A stretch of DNA of 62,541 nt from a virus: the UHGV virus genome UHGV-0208829, one strand, 5' to 3'. Position 1 is the first letter of the stretch; each line of letters opens with the position of its first letter. The notes beneath the pieces were generated by a model. It was not told the DNA's origin. It searched no databases and was given only the letters and a program-made list of their open reading frames with translations. Made by a program: the position numbers and the translations under genes. Positions 1-9,843 of this stretch are shown piece by piece.

Positions 1-605
1 TTGGGTGTGTTTGGGTTTTGAGTGAGTTAAAAATTTAAGATCGATCCGAGAGACTTAGTGTCTCTCGAAGAGTATTAAAAAAATTTAAAAGATCAAAAAA
101 CCAAAGCTAGAGAACTACTCAACCTGAATCTTCAGTGTGTGAAGATTCAGTAAGTTGATCAATCCAGCTGATCCGCTAGTACGCGAAGCGTGAATGTTTT
201 TTTGATCGTCGCGGCGGCCGGTCCGCCGACCCGAGGGCGGGGTGGAACTGGTCGAGGGTAATGCCCCTCAGACGCTCTCAATCGAGCTGTAACGAGTTAA
301 ACGGGGTTCGGGTACCCAAGTGTACCCCTTGAGAAGATTTTTGCGTCAAAATGCGTTTTAGAGCGTTTTACGGTGGGGTGGGTTTTCGTCCCACCCAGGG
401 ATAGGGGTTGGCGTGACAGCTCGAACGACAAAATCGCGGTTTCATGGAGTTGAGTGAAAATAAATTCAAAACCCACAACCAAAACACCCTCAAATTCTTC
501 GTAGGAAGCTCTCTGACGAGATAAACGTGGGTAAGGGGTACGAACGTACCACCTGGAAAGAAAAATGCGTTAGAATCGTTCTCATCGCGTTTTTTGATTT
601 TGGGC
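1..605. other. non-coding region rich in short GC hairpins and palindromes
   Basis: No ORF of 60 aa or more on plus strand; the two small minus ORFs overlap and lack ATG/SD; multiple inverted repeats (e.g. gagagac..gtctctc, gggtggg..cccaccc, ggtacg..cgtacc). Confidence 0.4.
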
Positions 606-642
606 AAAAAAAAATAAAAACGGGGGAGACTTCGGTCTCCCC
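606..642 (-). terminator. intrinsic terminator for gene 653..1777
   Basis: 8-bp stem ggggagac/gtctcccc (623-642) with ttcg loop; A-run 606-620 on plus gives U-tract on minus strand. Confidence 0.6.
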
Positions 643-652
643 AGAATATTTT

Positions 653-1777
653 TTACAGAGTCGTCAGTTCTTTTGACGGATAGTACAGTTTCACATCGAC
701 CAAACTGTAACCGGTGGCGTAGAACACCTGATTTCCGACCGAAGCAATAAACCCTTCAGGGTCGATAACGTCAACCGAGAAATCGGAATCGAATAGCCAG
801 GTTTCTTGTTCCCCTTCCCGTTCGAAAACGGCAGCGTAACGCCCGTATTCTGGGCCTCGGCGGAAACGAAACAGCGTTAATCCTGTCTCACGTTCTAAGC
901 CATAAATCACCCCATTTTCCTCGTAGATTTCAGCACGATTGCAGCGTGTAACCGTCAGCAACGCAGGCCGTTGTGTCGGGATTGTTTTAAACGGTGAAGG
1001 CCCATCGTATGTCGTTGAAACCCAATCACCGAGACTGTCTAACGCCAGTGCTCGATACGCAATAGGTGACTTGTAGTTACACAGCCTGTTGCCCTCGGTG
1101 TACATCGTGTATTCGATGCGTAACGTCGTACCGATGATGTCGTTCAAACTCAGTTTGTAGTGCGCTAACTGGGCTTGTATACGACGGGACAAAATTGTAC
1201 ACAGGAAAGTGTGACCTTCTGTAGAACGACACACCACACCGTAGTCGGTGACTGCCAGTAACGTGGCATCCGTTTTACGGACGGGTTCCAGGCGAAACAC
1301 CTCATTTTCAGTTTCTACGAGGAACTGTGAAACCGCTTGGTTTCTGGATTTAGCTTTAATCGTGTCGAAGACGTCTCCTGCTTTTACGATTAACGGCTCT
1401 ACTACGTTTACCTGAAATGGTAGCGGTTTCGTTGGGTATTGTCCCAACGTTGTAATTGTTACTGAGTTGAGTTCTGGGTCCGATGCGTCAGGATCACCAG
1501 ACAACCAGTACGTTAACCATTTCGACAGGGTTTGTGGAATAACGCGTGTGGTGTAAAACAGAATTTCGCCATGTAAACCTGCCTCTGCCAGTTCGCGTGC
1601 AAGAAACGAGTTGACCGCATCGTAGGTACCGTTGCGCAAAATGTCCATACCGCCGACACGAACCAAATCACAAATTACGCCGTGTGGAAGAACCCACATT
1701 TTGACGTTTTGATTTCGGTCGATGGTACCTTCGCGCAGCATTCTGTGCCAAACGGGTTTACGTAAGTAATTTCTCAT
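653..1777 (-). CDS. hypothetical protein (374 aa)
   Basis: ATG start with AGGAG 8 nt upstream; terminator downstream. Confidence 0.6.
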   Translation of the reverse strand: MRNYLRKPVWHRMLREGTIDRNQNVKMWVLPHGVICDLVRVGGMDILRNGTYDAVNSFLARELAEAGLHGEILFYTTRVIPQTLSKWLTYWLSGDPDASDPELNSVTITTLGQYPTKPLPFQVNVVEPLIVKAGDVFDTIKAKSRNQAVSQFLVETENEVFRLEPVRKTDATLLAVTDYGVVCRSTEGHTFLCTILSRRIQAQLAHYKLSLNDIIGTTLRIEYTMYTEGNRLCNYKSPIAYRALALDSLGDWVSTTYDGPSPFKTIPTQRPALLTVTRCNRAEIYEENGVIYGLERETGLTLFRFRRGPEYGRYAAVFEREGEQETWLFDSDFSVDVIDPEGFIASVGNQVFYATGYSLVDVKLYYPSKELTTL

Positions 1778-1805
1778 TTTAAAACTCCTTTAGGTAGAAT
1801 AAGAC

Positions 1806-1827
1806 TCTCACTAGGATAATATCTATC
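1806..1827 (-). promoter_or_regulatory. conserved promoter-like motif, site 1 (plus-strand reading tctcactaGGATAATATCTATC)
   Basis: Near-identical motif recurs at 47972-47993 and 57096-57117, each 14-50 nt upstream of a minus-strand start codon. Confidence 0.4.
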
Positions 1828-1850
1828 CGTAATTATTTCGAGGTTCACTA

Positions 1851-3227
1851 ATGGCTGAACTGGTTTATGATTTTACATCCGGCTGCTACCAGAAAGTCGG
1901 AACTCGCGTCGCTCAGGAATCGTTCGGCCGTGATCCGTTCTTCGATGACGCGGAAACCTCATCGGGTTTGTACTACGACTACGGTTTTGGTGGCTACGTC
2001 CCGATGGGATTCTCTGTCGCACACGAAGCCCGTCGTGACGACCGTTTACGTAAAGCGTTTGACGGCGTGTTTAATAAACTCGTGATTGACCGTAAATTGG
2101 CGTCTAAGTTGCGCCACTACGTAAGCGGGATACTCTCTCGTGAAGGTAACGTGGAGTGGTTAGGGTCGAACCTCCTCGGTGTCCACAGCATCCGTTTTTT
2201 TGATTCAGACCGTAATCGTCTGTTCGATGAAGTTATTAACGTCGACGAAGATTATCTGTCAGAACTGATTAAAGAGTCCCAATCGATTAATACCGATTGG
2301 CAGGTCGCGGGTGATACGTATAACCTGACCATCGTGTATTTGTTGCACCTGATGATTCCAAAGTTTGGCGACAAAGAAATCCTCGCTGCAGCCATCGACC
2401 TGGTGACGATACTCCAGTTTAAATTCTACTCGAGTATTTACTATCACTTCTTTCCGAAACCGGTTGATCTTCCCGCAGCAGAAGCGGCGTATTCGATGCT
2501 CTCAATGAAATTCGATATTCGTCGTTTGGGTAACTGGGGGCTGCATATGGCAGAACGTGCAACGTATTTCTGCTCGCCCGAATACCCGAACTACGACGCC
2601 GTAAAACGTTTCGATACCCCCGACTTGGTACTGCGTTATATCACCGATTTAAATACACGTACGAAACAAACCGTGAAAGACTATTACGCGGTGCTCGATC
2701 GTGTACGTCGTGAGAATACTCGCGTGGTTAGTCAGTCTGCACGCATCGAGTTAGATGGGCAGTCTGTGATTCGTGATAAAGTCGGTGCACTAGAGATTGC
2801 AAAACAGAATCTGTTTGATGCGTCTTACGACATTAACAATCTGTACAAGGAAGAGTTGGCTCGTGTGGTGCTAGAAATGGTGCCCAAAGCATCTCCTGCT
2901 GCGCTGAAAACGTTACTGACCTATATCGCCAGTTTACCGATCGGTAAGAAGCGTGATGAAATCAATAGCATTATGGAGGATACGCTCTCACATGCTTTTG
3001 ATGAGATTGTTACCAACCGTATCAACTTCAACGATGCGGTGACGGTGTTGCAGCGTATGCGTGCGTTGTATCAGGCGTCGAAATCACCGAACCCGTACGT
3101 GTTATCCCTACGGTCGAGAATTGAGAAACTGGCGGCGAAGGAAACACATATCCGTCACGAATCCGCGTTAGCAGCTTTGCGTAATGCGTTGCTGTTATAT
3201 TTCTTAATCCGGTCGTTACAGAAATAA
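1851..3227 (+). CDS. hypothetical protein (458 aa)
   Basis: ATG start, GAGG 9 nt upstream; terminator hairpin after stop. Confidence 0.6.
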   Translation: MAELVYDFTSGCYQKVGTRVAQESFGRDPFFDDAETSSGLYYDYGFGGYVPMGFSVAHEARRDDRLRKAFDGVFNKLVIDRKLASKLRHYVSGILSREGNVEWLGSNLLGVHSIRFFDSDRNRLFDEVINVDEDYLSELIKESQSINTDWQVAGDTYNLTIVYLLHLMIPKFGDKEILAAAIDLVTILQFKFYSSIYYHFFPKPVDLPAAEAAYSMLSMKFDIRRLGNWGLHMAERATYFCSPEYPNYDAVKRFDTPDLVLRYITDLNTRTKQTVKDYYAVLDRVRRENTRVVSQSARIELDGQSVIRDKVGALEIAKQNLFDASYDINNLYKEELARVVLEMVPKASPAALKTLLTYIASLPIGKKRDEINSIMEDTLSHAFDEIVTNRINFNDAVTVLQRMRALYQASKSPNPYVLSLRSRIEKLAAKETHIRHESALAALRNALLLYFLIRSLQK

Positions 3228-3235
3228 AAAAGAGT

Positions 3236-3274
3236 TAGCCAGTAACCCTAACGGGTTACTGGCTAGTTTATTTT
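3236..3274. terminator. bidirectional intrinsic terminator
   Basis: 12-bp stem agccagtaaccc/gggttactggct, loop taac, A-rich upstream and T-rich downstream; between convergent genes. Confidence 0.6.
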
Positions 3275-3282
3275 AGCTGGGT

Positions 3283-3519
3283 TCAATGGGGCCCTGACAT
3301 TACCACGAGGTGTATAGAGTAGACCATATTTAGCGCATAGGTAGCTGACGAACCTGCTACCATCAGGCCAAATACTGCAAATGCCTGTACATACCGTGTT
3401 TTTCGTAGTGGGAAACCTTGCGAACGTCCGTATTGTTTTATCGCTTGGTAACTCTCGCGGATCATTTTATACGTCGCTATCCACGAAAAGAACACAAGTA
3501 AATAGTAAATTGGAGCCAT
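3283..3519 (-). CDS. small membrane protein (78 aa, two hydrophobic segments)
   Basis: Track start 3522 is GTG; ATG at 3519 overlaps terminase TGA stop (TGATG) with GAGGA upstream. Confidence 0.45.
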   Translation of the reverse strand: MAPIYYLLVFFSWIATYKMIRESYQAIKQYGRSQGFPLRKTRYVQAFAVFGLMVAGSSATYALNMVYSIHLVVMSGPH

Positions 3520-5627
3520 CACTTCATCCTCTGGCGTTGGATAAGCTCTCTCAAGCTTTCCATTGACGCCACGTTTTGTGTATCAGTGTTAAGTTGAGCA
3601 ATGAGGGACTGGAGACGGTTACGAGCAGCCATTGCTTGAACCGGGTCTAATAACCCGTTTGTGGTTCGCACAAGACGCTCAATTTCCCCCATCAGTTCCT
3701 GCTGTCGCGCCTCCTCCTCGAGTTGTAATTCCTCATCCACCCCTTCACGATTTTCGACTAAATTACGATTGCGCATCATCAATCGACTGTTGTTGATTTC
3801 ATAATGCCCCAGGTTATTCCCAAGCAGCAATAACCACATCGCAAGTAACCAAGAAATCACGAGGTCGTCATGACCTGAAGCTTTGTGGTCAATACGACCA
3901 TTTTTCTCCACGAGGTTAAGTATCTGGTCGATGAGTTCTCCGCAACGGAGTTTATCCGCGGATAAGCGCAACGCCGTGGTGAATACCTCACCGTACAGTT
4001 TACGACGTTTTTCCTGGTCGGTTGAGAAACCGATATATTTACGGAATTTATTCCAGAACTTCTCAGCGTTACCAATAGGCCCACGGTGATACTCTTTGTA
4101 GAGATCGTCCGTACGTGAGTAGTCCTGAGTGATTCTCACAAATAAACGACGATGTAAGTCCGTGACACGAGACTGTAACTGCAGGATAATTGCATCAGCC
4201 ACAGACGAGCCAGTAGACCGCCGTTCCAGGATTAGTACCGTGTTAGGATATCGCACCATAAAATCCGCTAAATGAATCGCGAAAGAGATAACGTTAGATT
4301 CGTTAACGGTTAATTTACCTGCATACTCTGCGGTCACAGAGTTAACAATAGACATGGCGATCGCGTCTCGACCCACAGCCTCAGAGGTATCCAACCCGAT
4401 GACGTGTCGGTCTTTGAGCTTCGTCATCATCTCCTCTTCGGTGTAGTACCAGTCGGTAACGTAGTTTTGTGGTGAAATATCTTTAAACACAGCACGCATA
4501 CGGGAAGCATTCATACGATCTGCATCTTCCGCTGAGAACGGCTTGTTCAGACCACCGGTCGTCCATTCACCCCCGAAGTCACGACGGATCTGGTCAGGAG
4601 TACCTTTGGCGTTCGCAATCATTGCCGCTAACTGCTCATCACTGGTACCGAGCTGACGGTGGTTGTACTTCACGTAGAACATGATACGTGGGACTTCTGC
4701 CGTGGAGTTAGAACGGATGATGTCAATGAGCTGTTTACGGGTTGGAATGTCGATATAGCGCTCATCCCACATAATCCCTGACGTCATCAGCTCGTACATG
4801 TACTTGCCTTCTTCCGTCGCTAAGTCACCCGGGGTTGTTGCGAATACGTTACCGTAAGGAACACCTTCCGCTTCGTTAATACGACGTGCAGCTGTACCGG
4901 ATGCCAGCGCTGCCGGTAGAATGTGGTGTACGTTTTTGGTAAAGGGTCCTTCGTCCGAGAACAGACGACCAGCGGTAAGTCCACGACCGATACCGTTAGC
5001 CGATTCTGGGTCGTTTTGGCCGATGCCCGTAATCAGTTTGTTACCTTGAGCTAAACACGCAAAAGTTTCGCGGTTATCTGGATCGTCTGGATGTGCTGGC
5101 CACAAGTACGACGGTAGACCGTTACGTAGTTGCTTAAGTTTGTTAATGGTTTCTTCACGCAGTGCCGGACCTTTTGTGATAAGAATCGTACGAGAGTTTT
5201 CCAGAAACCGAATTAACCACAACAGTAATCCGCTCATCCCGACGGTTTTACCGTGCTGACGGAGGAATTCGACGGCGGCGTCGATGTTGTTGAAGAAAAT
5301 CCAATACATCGAAAAGTTACCACGGTCGATACGGAACGGAGACCCGTATTTCATACCGTCCGCAGGTACCCTGACGCACTCTCGAAACCAGTACCAAGGG
5401 TTTTCAGCACACTCGATGGCGATGTACGCTTTCTGTTCGTCCGTTAGGTTTTCGTCAAAAGGATCGACTCCTTGCAGCAAAGGGTTATGTAAGGCGAGAT
5501 GAATATAATAGTGCTTTACACCCAGCTTTTTTAGGATATTTGCAAACTTGATAAACGATTTGTTTGTGGTTTTATCGTCAACAATAGCGCCTGGATAATA
5601 ACGCCAGTCCGATTCACGTAGTATCAT
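3519..5627 (-). CDS. terminase large subunit
   Basis: 702 aa; deviant Walker A (LRQHGKTVGMS) N-terminal; C-terminal nuclease-like motifs (IGLDTSEAVGRD, KASGHDDLVISWLLAMW); GAGGAG 6 nt upstream of ATG. Confidence 0.65.
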   Translation of the reverse strand: MILRESDWRYYPGAIVDDKTTNKSFIKFANILKKLGVKHYYIHLALHNPLLQGVDPFDENLTDEQKAYIAIECAENPWYWFRECVRVPADGMKYGSPFRIDRGNFSMYWIFFNNIDAAVEFLRQHGKTVGMSGLLLWLIRFLENSRTILITKGPALREETINKLKQLRNGLPSYLWPAHPDDPDNRETFACLAQGNKLITGIGQNDPESANGIGRGLTAGRLFSDEGPFTKNVHHILPAALASGTAARRINEAEGVPYGNVFATTPGDLATEEGKYMYELMTSGIMWDERYIDIPTRKQLIDIIRSNSTAEVPRIMFYVKYNHRQLGTSDEQLAAMIANAKGTPDQIRRDFGGEWTTGGLNKPFSAEDADRMNASRMRAVFKDISPQNYVTDWYYTEEEMMTKLKDRHVIGLDTSEAVGRDAIAMSIVNSVTAEYAGKLTVNESNVISFAIHLADFMVRYPNTVLILERRSTGSSVADAIILQLQSRVTDLHRRLFVRITQDYSRTDDLYKEYHRGPIGNAEKFWNKFRKYIGFSTDQEKRRKLYGEVFTTALRLSADKLRCGELIDQILNLVEKNGRIDHKASGHDDLVISWLLAMWLLLLGNNLGHYEINNSRLMMRNRNLVENREGVDEELQLEEEARQQELMGEIERLVRTTNGLLDPVQAMAARNRLQSLIAQLNTDTQNVASMESLRELIQRQRMK

Positions 5628-5639
5628 ACAGACTCCTCA

Positions 5640-5663
5640 CCTCCTACCCTTTCGGGTAGGAGG
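5640..5663 (-). promoter_or_regulatory. stable hairpin immediately 5' of terminase RBS
   Basis: 10-bp stem cctcctaccc/gggtaggagg, loop tttc; no U-tract on minus strand, T-rich on plus side. Confidence 0.35.
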
Positions 5664-5673
5664 CTTGTTATAT

Positions 5674-7314
5674 TTATTCGATGTGGTGCGCCAACATTGG
5701 CGACGCGGCTAAGTTTAACGTATCTGTTGGTGTGCGACGTATCCAACGAATCACTAGCGGAGCGTCCAGTGGTACGCGGTAGTCGATAACCTTTTTATCC
5801 AACCACTCATCTACGCTATAGGTGTAAACTTTACCCCCGACGTGGATTTCGAAGTGTGTTGGTTCAGGCGGTTCAGACTCATTACGACGGTCGTACAACG
5901 GATAAATCGGTTCGTACAACAGCTTCAACCATTCTGCCTTAGAGGCCACTTTGTTACTGACGTCGATTTCAGAATAATTGACGTTGGAGTATTTAAATTC
6001 CGCCCACACGTTTTCCCCATACTTCATACCGTCTGGGAGGTATTCCAGAATGAAGTTCGAGTTCAGTTCGTTACCCGGGTTTACAAGCGTAATAGCGAAT
6101 GACTGAGACTGAATAAACGCACGGAATTTACTGTCTACTTTACTGATATCGACCTGAACGTTAAGGCGTTGCTTAACACCCATCAATAACGGATCGAAGG
6201 TCGTGCCCGTGGTGTAGTTAACGTGTGCGGTTGCATCGTAGACTTTACCGCGTGTCAGGTTATACAGCAAGAAGTCCAGACGATAACCGCGTGTGGCATC
6301 CAACCATCTCGGTACAACGAAAAGTTTCATGCTGTAGGCACCGTCGACCTGTTCTGTTACCGCCGTATAGTTTTTCACAATGGTGTCACCTACGACATCG
6401 GTACCCCCGTAAGTTTCACCTCTGGATAACTTATAGCTCAGTACACAGGGTAGCGTGTTGCCTGAGTTAGAAGCGATGTAGAATGTGTCGTGTGAACCTG
6501 CGTTACGTAATCCGTTGAATTTCACACGAGCTTGGTCGATAGGTAGACGTTTTGTGCCATCGCTGTAAACAACATCACACCAAAGCGGTATAGACTCGAT
6601 TGGCATGTTGATCGGCAGCGTCAGTGTGGTGCCGTCGTTGTCTACCAAGAACGGTGACACTAACTTAATACCCAACACCGTACGTGCTGGTGTTTCTTGC
6701 GGCATTACCAGGTTCGTTTTGATAATGTGTGCGTGACCGATTTGCACCACGTTACCGACGTCGGAGTAAACGGCGAACATACATTCTTCGCCGTTCTCGA
6801 CCTCAGCTAAGCAAGCACCAGGTAACGTTTGTTTAACGACACGCTCAGCACCTTCGACAGAAATCGTCTGGACCGGTAAGTAAGTATATTTCAATTTACC
6901 GTCTTTGTAGTAGCCGGAGAGTATTTCCGCACTGTCGTCAACTTTACTGCCTCGGAAAATGCGCACCCCGTCCACATCCGGTCCTTCAAAGGTGAGTGCG
7001 TTATCTAACACCATCGTTGCCGGGAGCTTCGTAGAATCCACGTAGACGCGATATTTATCGCTACGCAGTGGGTAGTGTCCGTTCAGACGACCGTCTTGAT
7101 TAGCCACCCCTACACCGCCCCACGGTTCGGTTTCCCACGATGGTTTGGCGTAGTTAACGCTTATGACGATATCGAAACCGGAGGTGATATCGTTAACGAT
7201 CAGATCTTTCGGGTTCGGTACGTATCCGGTTGGGCGTTCCGGCGCATAGAGTTCTTCAGGACGCCATACACGGAACCCGCGATCCTTATTAATAATGTCG
7301 GTTGTTAAGGCCAT
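5674..7314 (-). CDS. hypothetical protein (546 aa)
   Basis: Long ORF, ATG start, co-oriented with terminase block. Confidence 0.6.
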   Translation of the reverse strand: MALTTDIINKDRGFRVWRPEELYAPERPTGYVPNPKDLIVNDITSGFDIVISVNYAKPSWETEPWGGVGVANQDGRLNGHYPLRSDKYRVYVDSTKLPATMVLDNALTFEGPDVDGVRIFRGSKVDDSAEILSGYYKDGKLKYTYLPVQTISVEGAERVVKQTLPGACLAEVENGEECMFAVYSDVGNVVQIGHAHIIKTNLVMPQETPARTVLGIKLVSPFLVDNDGTTLTLPINMPIESIPLWCDVVYSDGTKRLPIDQARVKFNGLRNAGSHDTFYIASNSGNTLPCVLSYKLSRGETYGGTDVVGDTIVKNYTAVTEQVDGAYSMKLFVVPRWLDATRGYRLDFLLYNLTRGKVYDATAHVNYTTGTTFDPLLMGVKQRLNVQVDISKVDSKFRAFIQSQSFAITLVNPGNELNSNFILEYLPDGMKYGENVWAEFKYSNVNYSEIDVSNKVASKAEWLKLLYEPIYPLYDRRNESEPPEPTHFEIHVGGKVYTYSVDEWLDKKVIDYRVPLDAPLVIRWIRRTPTDTLNLAASPMLAHHIE

Positions 7315-7316
7315 GA

Positions 7317-9833
7317 TTAACCCTTGATTTTCAGATACTGGTTCAGCTGAACTTCACCATTCAGATACCGCTCGTTAACGCGATCCAAAAACGCGAACCC
7401 GAGTTCGTTAACTTCCACGGTTTGGTATTTCACATGCGGATGGAGCTTGACAAACGCTTTATCGTAACCGATGTACGCGGGGTCGAACGGAAGCAGGTCT
7501 TTATACCGCTCCATAATCTCATCCAACTGTGTTGTTGAAATACGATAATCTGGATCGTCTTCCACGAGGGTGAGAACACCCTGTAAGTAGTCCCACAGGA
7601 TTTTATTCAACGTAGGTGAATAAAGGTGATACAAGTGCGGTAAAGGCACCGGGTTCTGTGGAGGCGGTGTCGGGAACCAGTTAGTCATGTAATTTTCTAC
7701 ACGGCTATCCAGGTCACGAGCTACGTCCCTGAGCGCATACGTGTTCCCCGTTACCAGTGTACGCAACGGTATTGTAGGGTCGTCGACAGAGTAGGGATAA
7801 CCATCATCAACAATTTTGACACCTACCGTGTTGTCCTCGCGGAACACTACCTCGTCGCGCAATAGCAAGGAACCGCCAGCAACGACACGAATAACTTTGT
7901 CGTCGCGACAATCAAATTGGTTGTTATTTGATAACAGGCCACTCGAGACGAAACCGTGTTTCGGAATACGAAGTTCACCAGTGACCCCACGACAACGCAC
8001 TGCGATGTGGTTTTCATCGGAATCACTCATCCACGCTTTACAGACTACAACGATTTCTGGCCAAATGACATGATAATCGATACCGTGTACCAGAGGGTGC
8101 CCGTTTAACCACACTTCGACGGTTTCCATCGGAATCCAGAGTGTGCGTTGTTTACCTTCTTGGTTTCGGGCCAGAATAGGAATACGAATCTCCCCTTCTC
8201 TGACTGCCACATCGATTTCGAAATACAGATGGCGATCGTCGTAAATCACCGTAGGGTGACGACGAGTACGGTCCACAGTCCAGGTAATGCTATTACCTTC
8301 ACGGGTGTAATCCGTCCCTTCCACTGCCTTCAGATATTCGTCTCGTGGAATATCATCAATAACCTTACGCAGCCACAAGTTAACGTTTTGACCTTCCTGA
8401 ATCTCGAAATCGTCGGCGTTATCAACGATAGTTACTGTCTCGGCTTTGTCGCCTTCAATCGCCTCGATAATTCTGGTGTTGGGGTTGCGTGCTTGGTATA
8501 CGTCGTAACCACGGTTTTGATGCGCCTCTAACAGCAAACCATCGCCGTCGTACTCGTACACAGTCGAGTTGGTTGCCAATAACGCAGGTAAGGTGGCGCG
8601 GTACCCTCCTTCCGTTAACGTAAGACGCTGAGGGGTATCTGCAGCATAACGACTTACAGCGTTGTAACCGTAGGCATCAGTACACAAATCGCGCGTAATA
8701 TTCTCAAGCTTAGCCGCTGCTAGTCGGTTAAAAGCAGCTTGTTCCAGATTAGCGGCTTGCCACTCCGTTACGTTCGCATTCGCGCCAATCATCGCGTCGA
8801 TTATCAGGACATCTGATAATCGGTATAAATCGTGAATGTGCGATGAGTTAAACAGCGGCGTAATATCCAGATAGTCGTCGCGAATAATCAGCCTGATGAC
8901 CAGATCGTCCAGGTCGGTGATTGAACCGGTAAAAACGTTGCGATATTTTGCAATGCGTTCAGTCGGGATTGATAAGTCGTTCCATGTTAGCTGGCGTAAC
9001 GCCTGGTGGCGGTGACGATGGTAATAACGTCCCCGGCCTTTCCAATAAAGCTGGATCTCCGCATCGTTGTTAAAAATCCAGATGCCATCTTTTTTCGGGA
9101 TATGGAGTAAGTATTTTCGTTTGCTATCCAGTTTGGACATAAACGTTTGTAAGTCGCCACAGCGAAACTCTACAACACGACGTACGCGACCGTCGACGCG
9201 GATGTCGATATCATCCCACGTTTTAATATCCGCAGGTTTTGGAGAATCAACCAGTTCTCCGTTTAACCAGAACTCAACGTACCCTTTGTTTTGTTGTTTC
9301 AGGTAATTAAACCGATCGATGACCTTTTGGACCTGTTCACGATTCGGCGGTGAATAAAACTCGACGGTCGTCGGGTTGATGTACGGTGCGTTTTCACCCC
9401 CGTTGTAACCAGGATAAATTCGCAGGTAACAAGGATCGTTGTCCAACCAGGCATACCGATCGGATTGCGGAATAGCCATGTAAACCATTCCTGCACTGTT
9501 ACGGTAGAAATAAACGTATTCAGAAGGAATCGTCGTTCCGTTTTCGTTATAGACCTGAATCCAGGTGCTAAAGCCGTTTACGCAAGTGGAGAGTTTCTTC
9601 CAACGGTTTAGGGGGATAGCAAGATTCCCCCAGTTTACGTGAAGTTTGTCCACCGCATAGGCGTGCCACCACGAATTCTCTTTCGGTAAAGCGACCGGAA
9701 TCCGACCGTGTTTGAAAAAGCCGATCGCCCCGGTCTTGGGTGAAAGACGGAAGGGTGCGATGTTGAGCACCCCGTCAAGATATGGACGCTGCCACGCTTT
9801 TTGGATGGCGTGGGCGACCAGCCAGTTCTCCAT
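7317..9833 (-). CDS. hypothetical large protein (838 aa), possibly virion structural
   Basis: Long ORF, ATG start; no diagnostic motif recognised. Confidence 0.55.
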   Translation of the reverse strand: MENWLVAHAIQKAWQRPYLDGVLNIAPFRLSPKTGAIGFFKHGRIPVALPKENSWWHAYAVDKLHVNWGNLAIPLNRWKKLSTCVNGFSTWIQVYNENGTTIPSEYVYFYRNSAGMVYMAIPQSDRYAWLDNDPCYLRIYPGYNGGENAPYINPTTVEFYSPPNREQVQKVIDRFNYLKQQNKGYVEFWLNGELVDSPKPADIKTWDDIDIRVDGRVRRVVEFRCGDLQTFMSKLDSKRKYLLHIPKKDGIWIFNNDAEIQLYWKGRGRYYHRHRHQALRQLTWNDLSIPTERIAKYRNVFTGSITDLDDLVIRLIIRDDYLDITPLFNSSHIHDLYRLSDVLIIDAMIGANANVTEWQAANLEQAAFNRLAAAKLENITRDLCTDAYGYNAVSRYAADTPQRLTLTEGGYRATLPALLATNSTVYEYDGDGLLLEAHQNRGYDVYQARNPNTRIIEAIEGDKAETVTIVDNADDFEIQEGQNVNLWLRKVIDDIPRDEYLKAVEGTDYTREGNSITWTVDRTRRHPTVIYDDRHLYFEIDVAVREGEIRIPILARNQEGKQRTLWIPMETVEVWLNGHPLVHGIDYHVIWPEIVVVCKAWMSDSDENHIAVRCRGVTGELRIPKHGFVSSGLLSNNNQFDCRDDKVIRVVAGGSLLLRDEVVFREDNTVGVKIVDDGYPYSVDDPTIPLRTLVTGNTYALRDVARDLDSRVENYMTNWFPTPPPQNPVPLPHLYHLYSPTLNKILWDYLQGVLTLVEDDPDYRISTTQLDEIMERYKDLLPFDPAYIGYDKAFVKLHPHVKYQTVEVNELGFAFLDRVNERYLNGEVQLNQYLKIKG

Positions 9834-9843
9834 AGTGGACCTC

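Noticed and set aside
297-607. Two overlapping minus-strand ORFs (61 and 79 aa) in the leader region
   Set aside because: They overlap each other, the longer begins with a non-ATG codon without SD, and they sit inside a hairpin-rich region; treated as non-coding.
5253-5502. Short plus-strand ORFs antisense to terminase
   Set aside because: Nested in a gene with strong functional motifs; no SD.
3519-5627. Intein or intron inside terminase or RNAP genes
   Set aside because: Both reading frames are continuous, with no embedded endonuclease-like block or frame break.
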